From Eledone cirrhosa (lineage: Eukaryota), in assembly GCA_964016885.1 (NCBI GenBank), contig OZ024742.1, positions 118,668,001 to 118,732,000 of the forward strand: a DNA stretch of 64,000 bases. Direction: 5' to 3'. A model generated the notes under the pieces. It was not told where the DNA came from. It was given only the letters and a program-made list of their open reading frames with translations, and made no database searches. Every line of letters begins with the position of its first letter. Positions within the stretch are counted from its first letter, which is position 1. Position numbers and translations under genes: made by a program. Positions 1-13,840 of the stretch are shown here, piece by piece.

Positions 1-348
1 GGTCAGGACTTTTCAGTTGAGTCAAAGATCTAACAACCTCCCTAGTGCTGGTGCTATGATAAAATGCACCCAATAGTGTGCAGAATTGTATCTAAGTGGA
101 ATACAAGCCCCCTGGCCTATTTAGGAGGTCAGTAACTCTGCTTGAGTACTAACTTGGTGTGTGAAGCCCTGTCCAACCCTTGCTAGCAGGGAAAACAGAC
201 ATTAAATAATAATGATGATGATAAGCAATCTCAGAAAGTTTGAACATGAGGTAAATAAAAGAAAAATAAAGATAAGTTGGAGGGAAATATCTTTACAGTA
301 GACAAAAGCAATGAATGCTTGTCCTTTAACCCTTTAGCATTTACATTA

Positions 349-505
349 TATCGGTAGAGGGTCGGACGCCATGCTTTTCAGCACAGTTACGTCCGTTCAA
401 ATCGCGCCGAGGTTCACTTTGCTTTTCATCCTTACGGGGTCGATAAAATAAAGTACCAGTAATACACTGGGATAATTGCTGGCCTTGTGCCAAAAGTAGA
501 AAAAA
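349..505 (+). mobile_element. tRNA-derived SINE (family with CATCCTTACGGGGTCGATAAAATAA-GTACCAG core)
   Basis: B-box-like GTTCAAATC and conserved core; matches copies at 14141-14320, 24030-24220 (-), 40390-40590, 16294-16500 and 58745-58960 (-). Confidence 0.75.
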
Positions 506-711
506 TTACTCTATATATTTCATTCATTTCATTTCATTTTACGTTCACTTTTCCCTGCTTGCAAGGGTGGGACGGGAACTGATGCTGGCTTGATTTCTAC
601 AGCTGGATGCCCTTCCTAACACCAACCTCATTTACAGTGAGTGCTGGGTGCTTTTTTGCCGTGGCGCCTACACGACCACTTTACAGTGGAATGATAGGGA
701 CCCCAGTCCCT

Positions 712-856
712 ATCATCTCATTTCTACAGCTGAGTAAACTGGAGCAATGTGAAATAAAGTGTCTTGCTCAAGGAAACAACACATCACCTGGTCTGAGAAT
801 TGAACTCACAACCTTTCGATTGCAAGGCCAATGCTCTAACCACTAAGCCATGTGCA
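712..856 (-). mobile_element. tRNA-headed CORE-type SINE
   Basis: The minus strand reads TGGCTTAGTGGTTAGAGC...GAGTTCAATTCTC (A/B boxes), then TGTTTCCTTGAGCAAGACACTT...CTCCAGTTTACTCAGCTG; related copy at 57571-57803 (+). Confidence 0.7.
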
Positions 857-1643
857 TTCATACTATTGTATTTTCGCTGTAAAGGCTTTATCTCACATAA
901 TATTGAATCTATGAGATTTTGATATTATTTATTTTGAGAACAATACATTAACATCAGTATGAGTGGCCAGCTACGGCCGGTTTGAACAGAAAGAGGTGAG
1001 AAAATTCTGGCCAGATACAGCCAGTTTAAATGCTAAATGGTTAAATTATGTTGTTACAGCATGTATTAAGTCTCAAAACACTCTCAATAAAATGAACCCT
1101 GTTCACATACCTAAGCATTTTATAACTACATGCAAATTAAGGGAAAAACAAATCTGCGGATCTGTAAATATTTTAATTCTTAATATAAATATGGAAAAAA
1201 AGACAGTATAGTGATAAATATTATATACTACTAAACTAAATAGGTTGCAGTATTTAGTTACATTTCTGTACATTGTGTTCAAATCCTGCTATGGTCAACT
1301 TTCCTTTATATTCTTCTGAGAGCAATGAAATAAGTAGTAGCAGTGAAATACTGTGGTTGATGTAATTGGCCTACAAAATTGGTGGCTTTGTGCCAATATT
1401 AGAAATCAATATAAAATATGGCAGCCTATGATGACAGTAGAAACAGAGGAATGCTAGATTATGTGTCTCATACTGTTGAGTCATGCCCTAATACATTTCT
1501 GAGTTCAAATAATTTAGGGGTTAACTTTGGCTTTCATCAATAAAATTTAAGTGCAGTAATTTACATATTTTTGGTTGTGAGATCAATATTACCATATTTC
1601 TAAAGAAAGTCACTGTATATGATTTTTTTTATAATTTTAAATA

Positions 1644-1768
1644 CAGTGAAATTCCATTATAACGAAATTCACGGGGTATAAAAAAAATTCTTTATAATGA
1701 GAAAGACCGAAATACATTGAAAAAATTTTTGTTATACTGAAAAATTCGTTATAACGGAATTTTACCTG
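1644..1768. mobile_element. Tc1/mariner-pogo (Tigger-like) MITE
   Basis: TA flanks and TIRs CAGTGAAATTCCATTATAACGAA / TTCGTTATAACGGAATTTTACCTG. Confidence 0.75.
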
Positions 1769-1880
1769 TATAACCAAGAATTTGAAGTGATTTAGTGATA
1801 TAAATAACTTCCTCTTTATTATTTGGTGTTTGGGACATAACTTACATAAAATTTTGGTGGAAGATTTTAAAATGATAATT

Positions 1881-2375
1881 TTAACCCCCCTTCATTGGCT
1901 TATTTCTAATGAAATACACTATTTATGATTTTGAAATAATAAACAATTTGTATGAATTTAGTAAAATAGCTTTTTCATTAAGCTGATGTTTGGAACATTA
2001 CTTAACAAAAATTTCTTACATAAAATTATGATGGAAGGTTTTCATATAACTATGAAATGAGCAGTTTTATATCATAGAGTGGTTTCAAGCAGGTTGTTAT
2101 TAAAAGGGTGAAAATAAGCGGGTTTGTATTGTATAACCAGTACCAAAGGGATTAATCCTTTCATTACTATATTTCTAATGAAATACATTGTATTTGAATT
2201 AATTAATAAAGAATTTGGAGGGATTTATTAAAATTATTATTTCATTATTGTGAGAGTATTTGTAACAACTTGACTTAAGGTTCTTATATCAAGTTATGTT
2301 GGAAAATATTAATTTATGTAAGAATTCTTTAAAATGAGTGGTTTGTTTAATAGAACTAGGGGTGGTTGGTATGAA
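1881..2375 (+). mobile_element. Two tandem degenerate piggyBac-type MITE family 2 copies
   Basis: TTAACCC..TTCATT..TATTTCTAATGAAATACAC start and ...AAAAGGG end; same family at 10410-10631, 20690-21270, 22803-23240, 28412-29063 (-), 30985-32778 and 54355-54569. Confidence 0.6.
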
Positions 2376-2781
2376 AAAGAAATGGAAATATATTTAATCT
2401 TTAATTGATTATTGCTCACTGCAAAGTTTAATTTAGCAAATTTTTAATTTCTCATTTTGTCCATTCTCTTTATTTTAAAATACCTAATACAAAGTGTATT
2501 ATTAATTCTAATCTAAACTATTAATAGCTATTTAGCAGACAACAGTGAGCTGTGAAAATGTAGAAAGGAATTTGACAGTTTTCAACAGTATGGTGGTGGT
2601 TGACTGTAATATATCTTAAGTCAATTCAGTTGATTATCTTTTCCACTGCAAAATTGGCCTTGTGCCCAGTCAAAAGAAATCATTATGGCTAAATGTTTGG
2701 GGTTGGAAAGAAACAGCTGTTGCATACAGTTTGAAAAATAATATATTGTCAAATCCAGAGAAGGAAGATATATCATATCAG

Positions 2782-2936
2782 TTAACTCTTAATGTCCTAT
2801 ACCACATGAAGCCACACTAGTGAGATGTTTTTGAAAAGTACACAACAAATGTTTATAATGATCTGTCCTCTAGTATAGATAATATAAACAGTTGAATTAA
2901 CAAACCCATTTTAAAACACAGGGTGTTAAGAGTTAA
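2782..2936. mobile_element. TTAA-flanked MITE (family 3)
   Basis: TTAACTCTTAATGTCCT ... AGGGTGTTAAGAGTTAA inverted ends; related copy near 47238-47460. Confidence 0.55.
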
Positions 2937-4144
2937 TATTAGAGCTAACTAGGTTGACAAATAAAAGTATTTTTTAAATTGTCTCCATTTATTTAGGCAC
3001 ATAGTTAATATATATTTAGCAAATGAAAACCTGAAAAATAGTACTTAAAGAATGGTAATCTAGTGGTAGCACAAACTCATGTTGACCAAAACTTAGCGAT
3101 TAAATTTAGTTGATGGAAACTATGTGGAGGTCTGTTGGAGGAACAATTCCTGTTAATGGGTGGTAGATTTAATCTGTCACTCAGTTACCACCACCACCAC
3201 CACCTGGCTCTTGGGAGTTTTAACAAAGTTCACATTGTTGCAATCATTTTGACCATTCTCTGGTTTGAGAATAACTTCCTCCTATAATTGTTGAGACCCT
3301 GGCAAAGGTCATGGATACTGCTTTACTCTCCTGACTAAGCCAATATAGTCAAAGTAAGAGTATAGGCCCTGTTGGAGTCATAATTAACTCATTTTAACTA
3401 GGGACTTTTGAAAAAGGTTAGTCTAATGAATGTTGCATTGTCATAGTTTACTAATAAGAGAGAACTCAAGGGAATGTTGAGCATGCCAATAGAATGCAAT
3501 CATTGGGAGATAGAATTTGTTGGAGGCTTTAATCAGATAAGAGGAAAGAGTGCAAGTGTATCAAGCATGCTTATCATAGGAAAGGACAGATTCAATGTTC
3601 AAAATAGTTGAAGTACATCAATATAAACTAATAGATGTGGTTTGACAGTAAATCAAAGGTTGAAAAATGTTTCTGAATGTTGGTTTCCTTATCAAGCATC
3701 TGTTTTTCTTTTTCTTTTTTTCTGAACGCAATATGTGTGTTTTATATGACGTGTGCTCCAGCTTATGGCATGTAGGATATCTTATATGGTTTTAATAGCT
3801 ATTCAAGACTTCTTATAGAATTTTTTTTTTTTAGGTTTTTGCTTTTATGTTAAATAATTGAAATTTCCATGACAAAACATTGGAGATATTTAAAACCTAA
3901 CATATATGAGTGGTGTTGTAAGCTATGTTGTCTGAGTTGTGGGGTAGTAATTTGATTTTGTTACCTTGAGGTGTTTTGGAAGCTCTTATAAATCAGGAAA
4001 GAGCATACAAAACAATGGATATTGAGATGTTCTGTAGATGTTGTTATGTGGAAAATTTAAGAAAAAAGCAAATTCGTATATTTCTGAAAATTTACATGAG
4101 TATTTTAGTTGATATTCATTATTTAACTTGAAGCAAGATAATAA

Positions 4145-6815
4145 TATGCAGGACGGAGACATCGTTATGCTAGCAGGAGATTCAATGGTCATGTTGGACA
4201 GCTCCAGGATGGTTACACTGGGGTACATGGTGGGCACAGTTACGGCTCAAGAAATGAAGGAGTGAGACTTCTTGAATTTTGTGATGCATGTACATTGACT
4301 ATTTGCAACACAAACTTCCAGAAACCTGCCAATCACCTAATAACCTACAAATCTGGTGAGCACATAAGCCAGATTGACTTCTTACTAGTTAGGCAGCGGG
4401 ACAGGCAGATAGTGTCTAATACCAAGGCATACCCTGGGGAAGAATGTACCCCACAGCATAGGTTAGTCGTTAGTGATATCTCAGTAAGCAAGAGATGGAA
4501 TGAGACATACAGGAAGGTGTGGAGAAGAAAGGTCTGGAAGCTAAAAGACCTTTCACTAAAATACAAATTTAGGAAAGCCCTTCAAGATGTATATGACGAA
4601 AAAGAAGACGATTTAGAGACGTATGACATAGATAATAACTGGAATTTCTTACGTGACAACTTGCTGCAGGCTACTGATGAAACTTGTGGCTGGAGCAGAG
4701 CTCCAACCAGACAGAGAGTGACCTGGTGGTGGAACAGCACAGTAGATAAGGCCATTAGAGACAAAAGACTGGCATGGAAAGCTTTGAAAAAGGGTGGGAG
4801 TAGGGAAGAATATACAGCTACTAAGAGAAGCTAGACGTCAGGTGTACTTAGCACGCAGGGAGGCGGAGAGTAGGAGGTTTGCCAATGTTCTGCGACGGGA
4901 AGATCAGAGGCGTGCGGTGTTCCACATTGCAAGGCAGTGTGTCAATGCAAATCAGGATGTTGTTGGAGATAAATGTGTCCGGGATGATGCCGGTGTACTT
5001 AGTGTCACAAATGATCAGAAAAAGGAGGCCTGGAAATGTCATTATGAGAGACTGATGAATGTGGAGAACGACTGGGAGAGAGAGAAATTACCCTTAGTAG
5101 ATCCGACAGAAGGACCAGCTATTGAGATTGACGAATATAGGGTCCAAGAGGCGATTAAGGAAATGAAAAATGGTAAGGCTGCTGGACCATCGGGAAAAGT
5201 TGCTGAGATGCTGAAGGCATCAGGGGACGTAGGCACTAAACTGGTTGCACGCATCATCAATCAGGCTATATATGGTGGTGTCATACCCAAAGACTGGTGC
5301 AGCAGTATTCTCATAAATTGCTACAAAGGTAAAGGGGATGCTCTGGAGAGGAGCAATTATAGGAGTATAAAACTGATGGATCAGGTTATGAAAGTGGCAG
5401 AAAGGATATTAACACAACTAATTAGAGAAAGGGTCAAACTAGATGAGATGCAGTTTGGTTTTGTGCCTGGGAAGAGTACAACAGATGCCCTCTTCTTGGT
5501 GAGACAATTGCAAGAGAGGTTCTTAGAGAAAAATAAGCCACTATACTTAGCCTTTGTTGACCTAGAGAAGGCCTTTGATAGGGTACCCCGATCTGTCATC
5601 TGGTGGTCCCTAAGGCAGCTAGGTGTTGAGGAATGGCTTGTGAGGACAGTGCAAACTTTGTACAGAGGTACTCTCAGTAAAGTCAGGGTAGGAATGGAGT
5701 TTAGTGAGGAATTCCAGATACAAGTAGGAGTACATCAAGGTTCGGTCCTCAGCCCGCTCTTGTTCATTATAGTCCTCCAAGCCATAACAGAGGAGTTTAA
5801 GACTGGCTGTCCATGGGAACTTCTCTATGCTGACGATCTGGTTCTTATAGCAGAATCAGTAGAGGAACTAGAGAATAAATTCTGGCTATGGAAACAGCAG
5901 TTGGAAGCAAGAGGACTGAGAGTGAGCCTAGCTAAGACAAAAGTGTTGATGAGTAGAAAAGAGGACAAAACTCTGATTCCGTCAGGGAAATGGCCATGTT
6001 CGATATGCAGAAAAGGAACTGGCATAAATTCTATAAAATGCACACAATTCAGATCCTGGGTACACAAGAGATGTAGCGGGATAGCAGGCAAACTAACAAG
6101 TAGGGCGAAATATGTATGCAGTAGAAGTAGAAATTAGACAGTAGAAGTCGCATTGATAGACACATTTTTCAAATGCAGCAGGGTGCTATAGAAGTGGTGG
6201 ATAGCTTCCGGTACCTAGGAGATCAAATTAGCATGGGAGGAGGGTGTTCCGAGGCCATAGTATCTAGAATAAGGACGGGTTGGAAGAAGTTTAGGGGGCT
6301 GTTTCCTCTGTTGACGAAGAAGGGTTTCTCTCTGCGTACGAAAGGCCGGTTGTATGATGCCTGTGTGAGGAGTGCGATGCTGCATGGTAGTGAGACATGG
6401 GCAGCAACTGCAGAGGATATGCGACGGCTGGAGAGAAATGAGGCAAGCATGCTCCGTTGGATGTGCAGCGTAAATGTGCGTGAACGACCCAGCATAAATG
6501 TGTTGAGAGAGAAACTGTGTCTGAGAGGGATAGAATGTAGTGTACGGGAGAGGAGACTGAGGTGGTATGGACATGTGATGCGCATGGAGGATGACCGATG
6601 GGTGAAGAAGTGCCAGGAAATGCCAGTTGAAGGAAGACGTGGTAGAGGTAGACCACGAAAAACATGGGCGGGGGTGGTGAGAACAGACCTCAGATCATTG
6701 AAGCTCACGGTGGAGATGACGAAGGACCATGACGAGTGGAGAGATGCTGTGCTGAATAAGACCCGTCCCACCCTTGCAAGCAGGGAAAAGCGGACGTAAA
6801 ATGATGATGATGATG
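4145..6815 (+). mobile_element. RTE-clade LINE, subfamily A, 5'-truncated and frameshifted (APE C-terminal part, RT, Cys/His finger), (ATG)n tail
   Basis: APE motifs (AGD-NGHVG, SQIDFLL, QHRLVV); RT motifs ([33 protein letters not shown]); RTE C-terminal [12 protein letters not shown]...RGRPRKTW; ORF pieces 4262-4834, 4794-6137 and 6173-6799. Confidence 0.92.
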
Positions 6816-6816
6816 T

Positions 6817-7044
6817 TTAACCCTTTAGCATTTACATTAATCTATATTTACTATTATATTTTCATGGTAAAGGCTTTATCTCATAATTATCTCACATAAT
6901 TTCGAATCTATGAGATTTTGATATTATTTATTTTGAGTACAATACCTTAATAACAGTATAAGCAACCGGTTACAGCTGGTTTAAACAGGAAGAGATGAGA
7001 GAATTCTGTTCAGATACAGCCAGTTTAAATGCTAAAAGAGTTAA
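6817..7044. mobile_element. piggyBac-type MITE family 1
   Basis: TTAA-CCCTTTAGCATTTA...TAAATGCTAAAAGAG-TTAA; further copies at 7314-7531, 11886-12111, 12633-12881 (inverted), 14616-14804, 22931-23132 and 36977-37182. Confidence 0.8.
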
Positions 7045-7313
7045 AAGCAGTTATTTTACAGAATTTAAATGTAAAAATTTTAGTTGGTTATTTCTCAACT
7101 AATATGACTAATATTTATATGGAGATCCATCATTATGTGCTTCTAAATTGCTAAATGCAACCAGTCGTTAAAAATAATTGTTCTTTGTTAAAAGCAGGAC
7201 TACAATATTTAGATTGCCTACAATAATAAAATGTTCAATGGCAGAAATTACTGTAATTATTCTTCCATGGAGAATTTCTTTTTGGAAGTGTATAAGAATT
7301 ATATTGCAATTAA

Positions 7314-7531
7314 TTAACCCTTTAGCATTTGCATTACTCTATATTTTCTATTTTATTTTCATGGTAAAGGCTTTATTTCACATAATATCGAATCTATGAG
7401 AGATTTTTATATTATATATTTTGAGAACAATATCTTAACATTGGTATCAGTAGCTGGTTTTGGCCAGTTTGAAAAGAAAGAGGTGAGAGTGTTCTGGGCA
7501 GATATGGCCAGTTTAATTGCTAAAAGGTTAT
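7314..7531. mobile_element. piggyBac-type MITE family 1
   Basis: Same TIRs and internal sequence as 6817-7044. Confidence 0.75.
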
Positions 7532-8729
7532 GATTTATCAATTTGTTGAAAAGCAATATGCAATAATTTGTACAAAAGGAGCGAATGTAACACAATTATA
7601 AAATAGATTAAGTAGAATATATAAAAATTCAAAATTGTCTTTTTAAATAATAGTTTTCAATTAAGGTATAACAGCAATGATTTTGGGGGAAGGGGAAAGT
7701 TGATTATACTGACCCCCATCCAGTACTTTATTTTATCAACCATGGAAGGATGACAGGCAAAATTGACTTCCTTCAGCAGGATTTAAACTCATAACATAGA
7801 AAGTCATAGTTAAATACTACAAAGCATTTTGTCTGATATTCTACCATCACTGCCAATCCATTGCCTATGTGTTTCTAAATAATACAATAAGCAGTTTTGC
7901 ATGTTAATTTTTTAATGTAATATAGAAAAAGCAAGTGAGAGGTATAGTGCAAGCAGAGGCAAAAAACTTAACAAGAGATACACTGCAACCCCCATCTCAA
8001 CTAATTGAACATGAGTTTTAATGGATAGTTTTCCAAGACTGGATAAACTGGATAGGGTGTGAATTGGTGGCGTTGTTAAGGCATCAGATTAAATTGTTAT
8101 TTTTGCTGGTTCACGCCGTGCTGAGGTCAACTTTCCATTTCATCCTTTTGGGATTGATAAAATACCAGTCCATGGGAGGTAGATTAGCAAAATTATTAAA
8201 TTCACAGCATCTATTCTGGCTTTTTATTCTGAGTTCAAATCCTGCCTCTTTTCACCAGAAAAATGGCAATGCTTCTGCCTGCAATTGTGACCAGTAGATA
8301 ATACCAACAATGAAAACAGAGTTTCTTTGGTTTGCTACTGTAATTGACTCCTTAAGATGACATGGTTCAAAAAGGATATTGTAGTTCTCTCAGAAGAGTA
8401 TGTTAGCTGTGACTGTGTGATTACCGTAGTTTTTTATTATCAAGGAATTAATTATAAAATAACATGCATTCTATAAAATTATAAGCTGTCATTGGTTACT
8501 AGCAGTTCTCAACTTTGCTTTAGACAGTATCACCAAACATGAAGTCTCTGATGCAGCCACTTAACCTCCTACTAATTACTGCCATATTTCCCTCAAATTG
8601 CTCTCTACTATCTTAAAGACATGAAGAACATTGGATAATGTTTAAAATGAGGTGTCACAGCTGGAATGCCTTTTCATCATGGATTTGTTCAATGCTGGAA
8701 GCTTTATCTGTCATAACCCATCAGGAAGT

Positions 8730-9390
8730 GTCTGATGCTAAAGTGGCATTATAGTGTGTGGAGTCCAAAAATGTTGCTTATAGATCTGAAGACCAAGCTT
8801 TAGTGAAATACCAATTTGGAGACAGCTGTTATCCAGCTGGGTACCAGTTATTACAATGGTATACCATTTAACCAAGCACCACTGTGAGGCTAAGAGGCAG
8901 AGCTGGAACTAGTCAGTGCTTTTGAAGCAGGTGTACAACAAACCTGTTTGAAACTTTATGAACTGATGGAACAACTGTAGAATGAAGACTAAGTTAAGTC
9001 TAGGTCACATAGACAGATTTGTATTCCCTGATTGTGGAGAACCTATTGATAAGGGCACAAGAGGCAAGTGAAGATAGAAATGCTAGCAATGCTTATGTAA
9101 TCGGAGGACTGAAGACCAAAGTTACCATATCTAATTGGATTATTGTCATCTGGTATTATAGAATCACAGAACTGAGTGTTGAATATCTTCTCCGCACCAT
9201 GTCAGAGATTTTTCAAGTTCGGTGAAGCTGAGTGTCTGGTTGTAACACTGGGTGCTGTAGAAGGTAATAGCTTCATCAGAGGAGGAACATCCCTTTTCAA
9301 AGCCCCTGTGATTGGTTGGTGGAAGGAAGAAAATTATCCCTCGTTCAGAAACCTGGTCCAAATGCTTGCAACAGAGTGGATTCTGCTAAA
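8730..9390 (-). mobile_element. Highly decayed LINE RT fragment (I/Nimb-like)
   Basis: Minus-strand YNQTLSFTELEKSL segment and remnant PDD/DL-A-F-like motifs; GC higher than the flanks. Confidence 0.3.
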
Positions 9391-10914
9391 AGCACTCATC
9401 AGCTAGGTGGTGGTGTTAAACTGTACAGTAGATTTGTTTACGACTTAAGAACTAGAATAGTAACTCCAATGGGCTTACACACAGTTTCTATCTACCAAAT
9501 TTCACTTTCAAGGCTCTAACTTACCTGAAGCTATGATAAAAAACATTTGCCCTGAAACATCATAGTTGCATAGCAAACTTAACTACACGGCTCATTTCAT
9601 TATCAATATATTTTCATGCCTTTCTTCACTGCTATTGGTTGAATGATAAATAAATGAATATTTATATAATTTGTTGAAGCAGGTGGTTTATAACCAGTTG
9701 CCTTTTCCAAGGGAAAGGAATGAAATTTAATCTATGAACACGGAAAAATACTAATGTTGTTGATCTCTTTAAAGTTATTGCTTAGCATAAAATGTAGAAG
9801 CATGCTAGCAATTTATTTTGAATGGAAACTATATTACAGTTTTGTACTCTATGTAATATAATATTAGTAGACCAGTTGCTTCCACTATATTCTCTCAAAT
9901 TTTGTTCTTAGTTCAGTCATTAAAGAAGTTTGGCAAAGTTTTTGGTTTTGTCAATAGTGTTCCAAATAGAAACAATAAATCAGTCAGAATAAATTGTGTC
10001 AGGTGCTGAATTACTTTTCAGTTTTAAATGTCACTGTTTAACACAAGAAACCTTTGCTGCTCTGGGAGTCAAAATAAAGTATAAATTTCATATCAGTAAA
10101 GATTCTAGGAGGTACTAAAATTTGTATTTTCTATGCATATATAAAAGATCATAACTCAGTGCTTTGCCAGTTCTTTGAACTCATTAAAACACAAGAAACT
10201 ACTTCTGATATACTACAAAATATTTAAATCTAAATCTTACTTGAAGTTCTTACTGAGATAATAAGATATTAAAACAACTGAAATTACAAATGTATTATGT
10301 CTAAGGCTCAAAAGCATCATGTTGGGTAATTTACAATAATTTCTGACAAAATTGGAAGTGATAGGATAATAAAATATATATCAGGCTTAAACTTTGTCAG
10401 ACTTTCTTTTCTTACCATATTTCTAATGAAAGTCACTGCTTACAATTTTCAAATAATCTAGAAAATAATCAAGAATTTGGAGGGATTTAATAATATAACT
10501 AACTTTTTCATTATTAAGCTGGTGTCTTAGAACATAAAAGTTCTTACATAAAATTATGTTAGAAGGTTTAAGATAAATATAAACAATTTTATATCATAGA
10601 ACCAGGAGCAGTTTGGTATCAAAATGGTTAAGACACAGCTGAATATTTGAATAAAGTTTTTAAATTATTCTATTTGATATGGATGGTTCATTATATAAAC
10701 ATTAAAAATAGCAAGTAGAAAATAACTGTTTTTAATGCTTCCCATTTTGAAGAAGTATTGGACTAATGGTTCAACTGGGACAAAATATGTCACATGTTTC
10801 ATTTTTTTTTTTGTTAATTTTCAAATATCTTCAAATAAATTGTTAGAAATGGCACTTTAGATATGTACAATTTACTAATAAACAGCACTTAAATATAATT
10901 TACTATAATCTCTT

Positions 10915-11190
10915 TTCACAATGTTATAAAGAGAAATGGAATGAGAGGGTTGGATTAAGTGCTGAAGAAAGATGAAAATGACTGAGTGAGAGGAATGATA
11001 GAAATGAACGTGGAAGGAAATAGAGGAAAGGGAAAACCAAGAGAGACATGGCTAAAGATGGGGGAGGAAATGAAGGCTAGAAGTTGGTAAGGTGGGGATA
11101 CAAATAATAGGGCAAAATGGACAAGCTTGTCATTTGGCCCCAATAACATTAAGCCCCACTGTAGTTGTGGAAATGGCCTTAATATGCTTG
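10915..11190 (+). mobile_element. Old RTE 3' fragment
   Basis: Remnant R-VG-VL-KDEND.VRGMIEMNVEGNRGKGKPRETW followed by an RTE-like tail. Confidence 0.55.
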
Positions 11191-11885
11191 TTCTTTTTAC
11201 ATTTTTCAAACAGGTTTAACTTTTGTTTTTACTTTTTTTTAAATGCAGCTGTGGTGTAAAACACATGTTCTCAATATATTTGCTTATGTAAGCCCACTTA
11301 TTTCTTAAAATAGGTTATTAGACCAGTTGCACCAGTATTAAATTATACAGAGATGTTGTTTATCCGTATAATAGTTTTATGAATAGGTAGAATGTTGACA
11401 ATAACTATTTGTCATGACATCATCATTAGTAGGGTCAGTTTAACCTCTTTACTCTACTTCTAAGGGCTTTCGCTTTAAATTCAAACACAATGAAGTTCTT
11501 CAAAATCAGATCTCTGTTAGTTTTAAATATGTTAGAGGTAGGTTATTATTATCATTCTATTATGCTGAAGATTAAAACGAAATATTTGTTGTTAACCTTT
11601 ATTATAATGAAGCTTATGTAAATATATCTATATATGTAACTGAAACACTACCAACCCTTTCTCTCACTCTCACCAACAAACTCACCCTTGTTCAAGTAGC
11701 CCATATTTCATACTGCCTCTTACACCAACCACCTTTTAAGAAATAGTGTGATAGATTGTTATTGGCTGGTCTTCCAGCTCTATCACTATCTAATAAATTT
11801 TTTTTCTATGTCAGGTGATGTCAGTGTATGTCGACTGGGCTCACTACTCAACTTGTTAGAAATAAGTCAAATTTCCCTCACTATT

Positions 11886-12111
11886 TTAACCCTTTAGCAT
11901 TCAAATTACTCTATATTTACTATTGTATTTTCACAGAAAAGGCTTTATCTCACATAATTATCCCACATAATATTGAAAATATGAGAATTTGATATTTATT
12001 TTGAGAACAATACTTTAACGTCTGTATGAGCAGCTGATTACAACTGGTTAGAATAGAGAAAGGTGAGAGAATTCTGGCCAGATATGGCTGGTTTAAATGC
12101 TAAAGGGTTCA
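11886..12111. mobile_element. piggyBac-type MITE family 1
   Basis: TTAACCCTTTAGCATT...TAAATGCTAAAGGG. Confidence 0.75.
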
Positions 12112-12632
12112 ATATAGATCATATTAAACAATATAGTTACTGATAAGCAAGATGATGAGATGGTTATGACTGGAATGCTTTTCTATTTGATCAGGGCTGA
12201 TCTAGGGTTAAATAACAGCCAAGTTTACATCAAACCAACAAAAGAAGGCCTCTACATGGTTGCTCAACATATGGAAATGACAGCCAAATTTCTCTTACTC
12301 TCTTAAATTAAGAAAAGAATACCTTGGACAATGTAGTCTTATCTATACAAGATGAGATAATATATTACACAAACTTGGCGACTGCTAGGTAGTCTTTCCT
12401 AGTATTAAGAATATTTCATAAGGCATGTTATATGAAATTATTTCATAGAATACTTTACAGATTTAAATATTTGATTTATTTGTTTTTTGTTTATTTATTT
12501 ATGTTTTGAATAAAAATTCTTGAAATTGTTGACAACATGAAATGGTATTTCAATAATGTAATGAAAAATACCTCACTAAATAAATCATTGGGATCAGTTA
12601 TCAATACCAAACTATGGTGTAACTCATATGCC

Positions 12633-12736
12633 ATAACCCTCTAGCATTTAAACCGGCTGTATCCAGCCAGAATTCTCTCACCTCTTTCTGTTCAAACTGG
12701 CTATAACTGGTCACTCATGATGTTAAGGTATTGTTC

Positions 12737-12777
<41 letters not shown>

Positions 12778-12881
12778 AAATCTCATAGATTCGATATTAT
12801 GTGAGATAATTATGTGGAATAAAATTTTTACTATGAAAATATAATAATAAATATAAAGTAATGTAAATGCTAATGTGTTAA
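12633..12881. mobile_element. piggyBac-type MITE family 1 (inverted) with internal (TA)n
   Basis: Reverse complement of the family consensus; (TA)n at about 12740-12775. Confidence 0.7.
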
Positions 12882-13747
12882 GCTCTGGGATTTTAAGGAT
12901 TGGTTCTTAGTTATGGTTTGTAGACTGAAGCAGGTGAAAGATATTTCCTACTCTGTCTATTATAACTTGCAATAACAATTGATTTGCAGTGAATTGCCAG
13001 TCATTAGATTGTGGGATTAAATACCTCAGTATCTGTACCAGCTCTTTGCATTCTGATTTCAAATCCTGCTGAGATCAGCTTTGCCTTATATTCTTTCAGG
13101 GTTCATAAATAAAGTACCTATCCCCGAGTGGTTTGTTGGCAGACTTGTTAAAGAGTTCGATGGGGTACCTTGCAGTATTTGTTTGGCTTTATGTATTCTA
13201 AATTTAAATCTCACTTCCTGTCACTGAAAAAGCAGTAGTGCTTCTGCCAGAATTGTGACAGATAAATAGGACAAATGGAGACTTAGTTTCCTTTGTCTGA
13301 TTTATTAATTGACTCCTTTTCTTTCCTCTTTCCTATACTTACTCTAAGAAATTTACAATCACAATTAGGTAATTAAATCTTTCGTATATTTGATATTAGT
13401 ATTACTTGTCCTGAAAGCAACTATTATTATTCAAATACTTTACAATATCTTCACCATATTTGTCTGTAGAATAAGATATAATAAGGCACTGTTTTTTTAT
13501 ATATGGTTTGTAATAGAGTCGATAATTATTGGTAAAAGAAAAATTTTGAAAATATTTTTGTTTTAAATTAGTTTCACGATGAAGATTTTTTTTTCTATTT
13601 CCATGGCTTAATTGGCATTACGAGTGGCCAAAGCTCTTGCTTATGTTTTATCATTTAGGGGAGGCCTATTTATTTGGCTATTAAAGATCACTGCAAAGAT
13701 GCAAATTTGCATGATGTGATATATGCATATTAATTATTTCACAGTCT

Positions 13748-13840
13748 GTTTTATCTGGTTTAGAATATATAAACCATATCCTTGTGAGTTGCCAGAGGTA
13801 ACTAAAAGGGTTGGCACCAGAAAAGGTATCCAGCTGTAGT
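13748..13840 (+). ncRNA. Candidate structured RNA / hatchet-like ribozyme head of a short RTE-related element (copy 1)
   Basis: Hairpin with GGTTTAGAAT loop, ATCCTT/AAGGGT stem and AGTTGCC/GGTAACT stem followed by AAAA; five copies in the window. Confidence 0.4.

Larger units (their letters stand above)
326..1044. mobile_element. piggyBac-type MITE family 1 copy interrupted by SINE and RTE-tail insertions
   Basis: TTAA-CCCTTTAGCATTTA ... TAAATGCTAAATGG-TTAA ends; internal sequence matches the uninterrupted ~220-bp copies. Confidence 0.75.

Noticed and set aside
13748-13815. HDV-like fold for the conserved RNA motif
   Set aside because: Only about 4-5 nt separate the P2-like 5' strand from the distal stem, leaving no room for P3/L3/P1 of the nested double pseudoknot.
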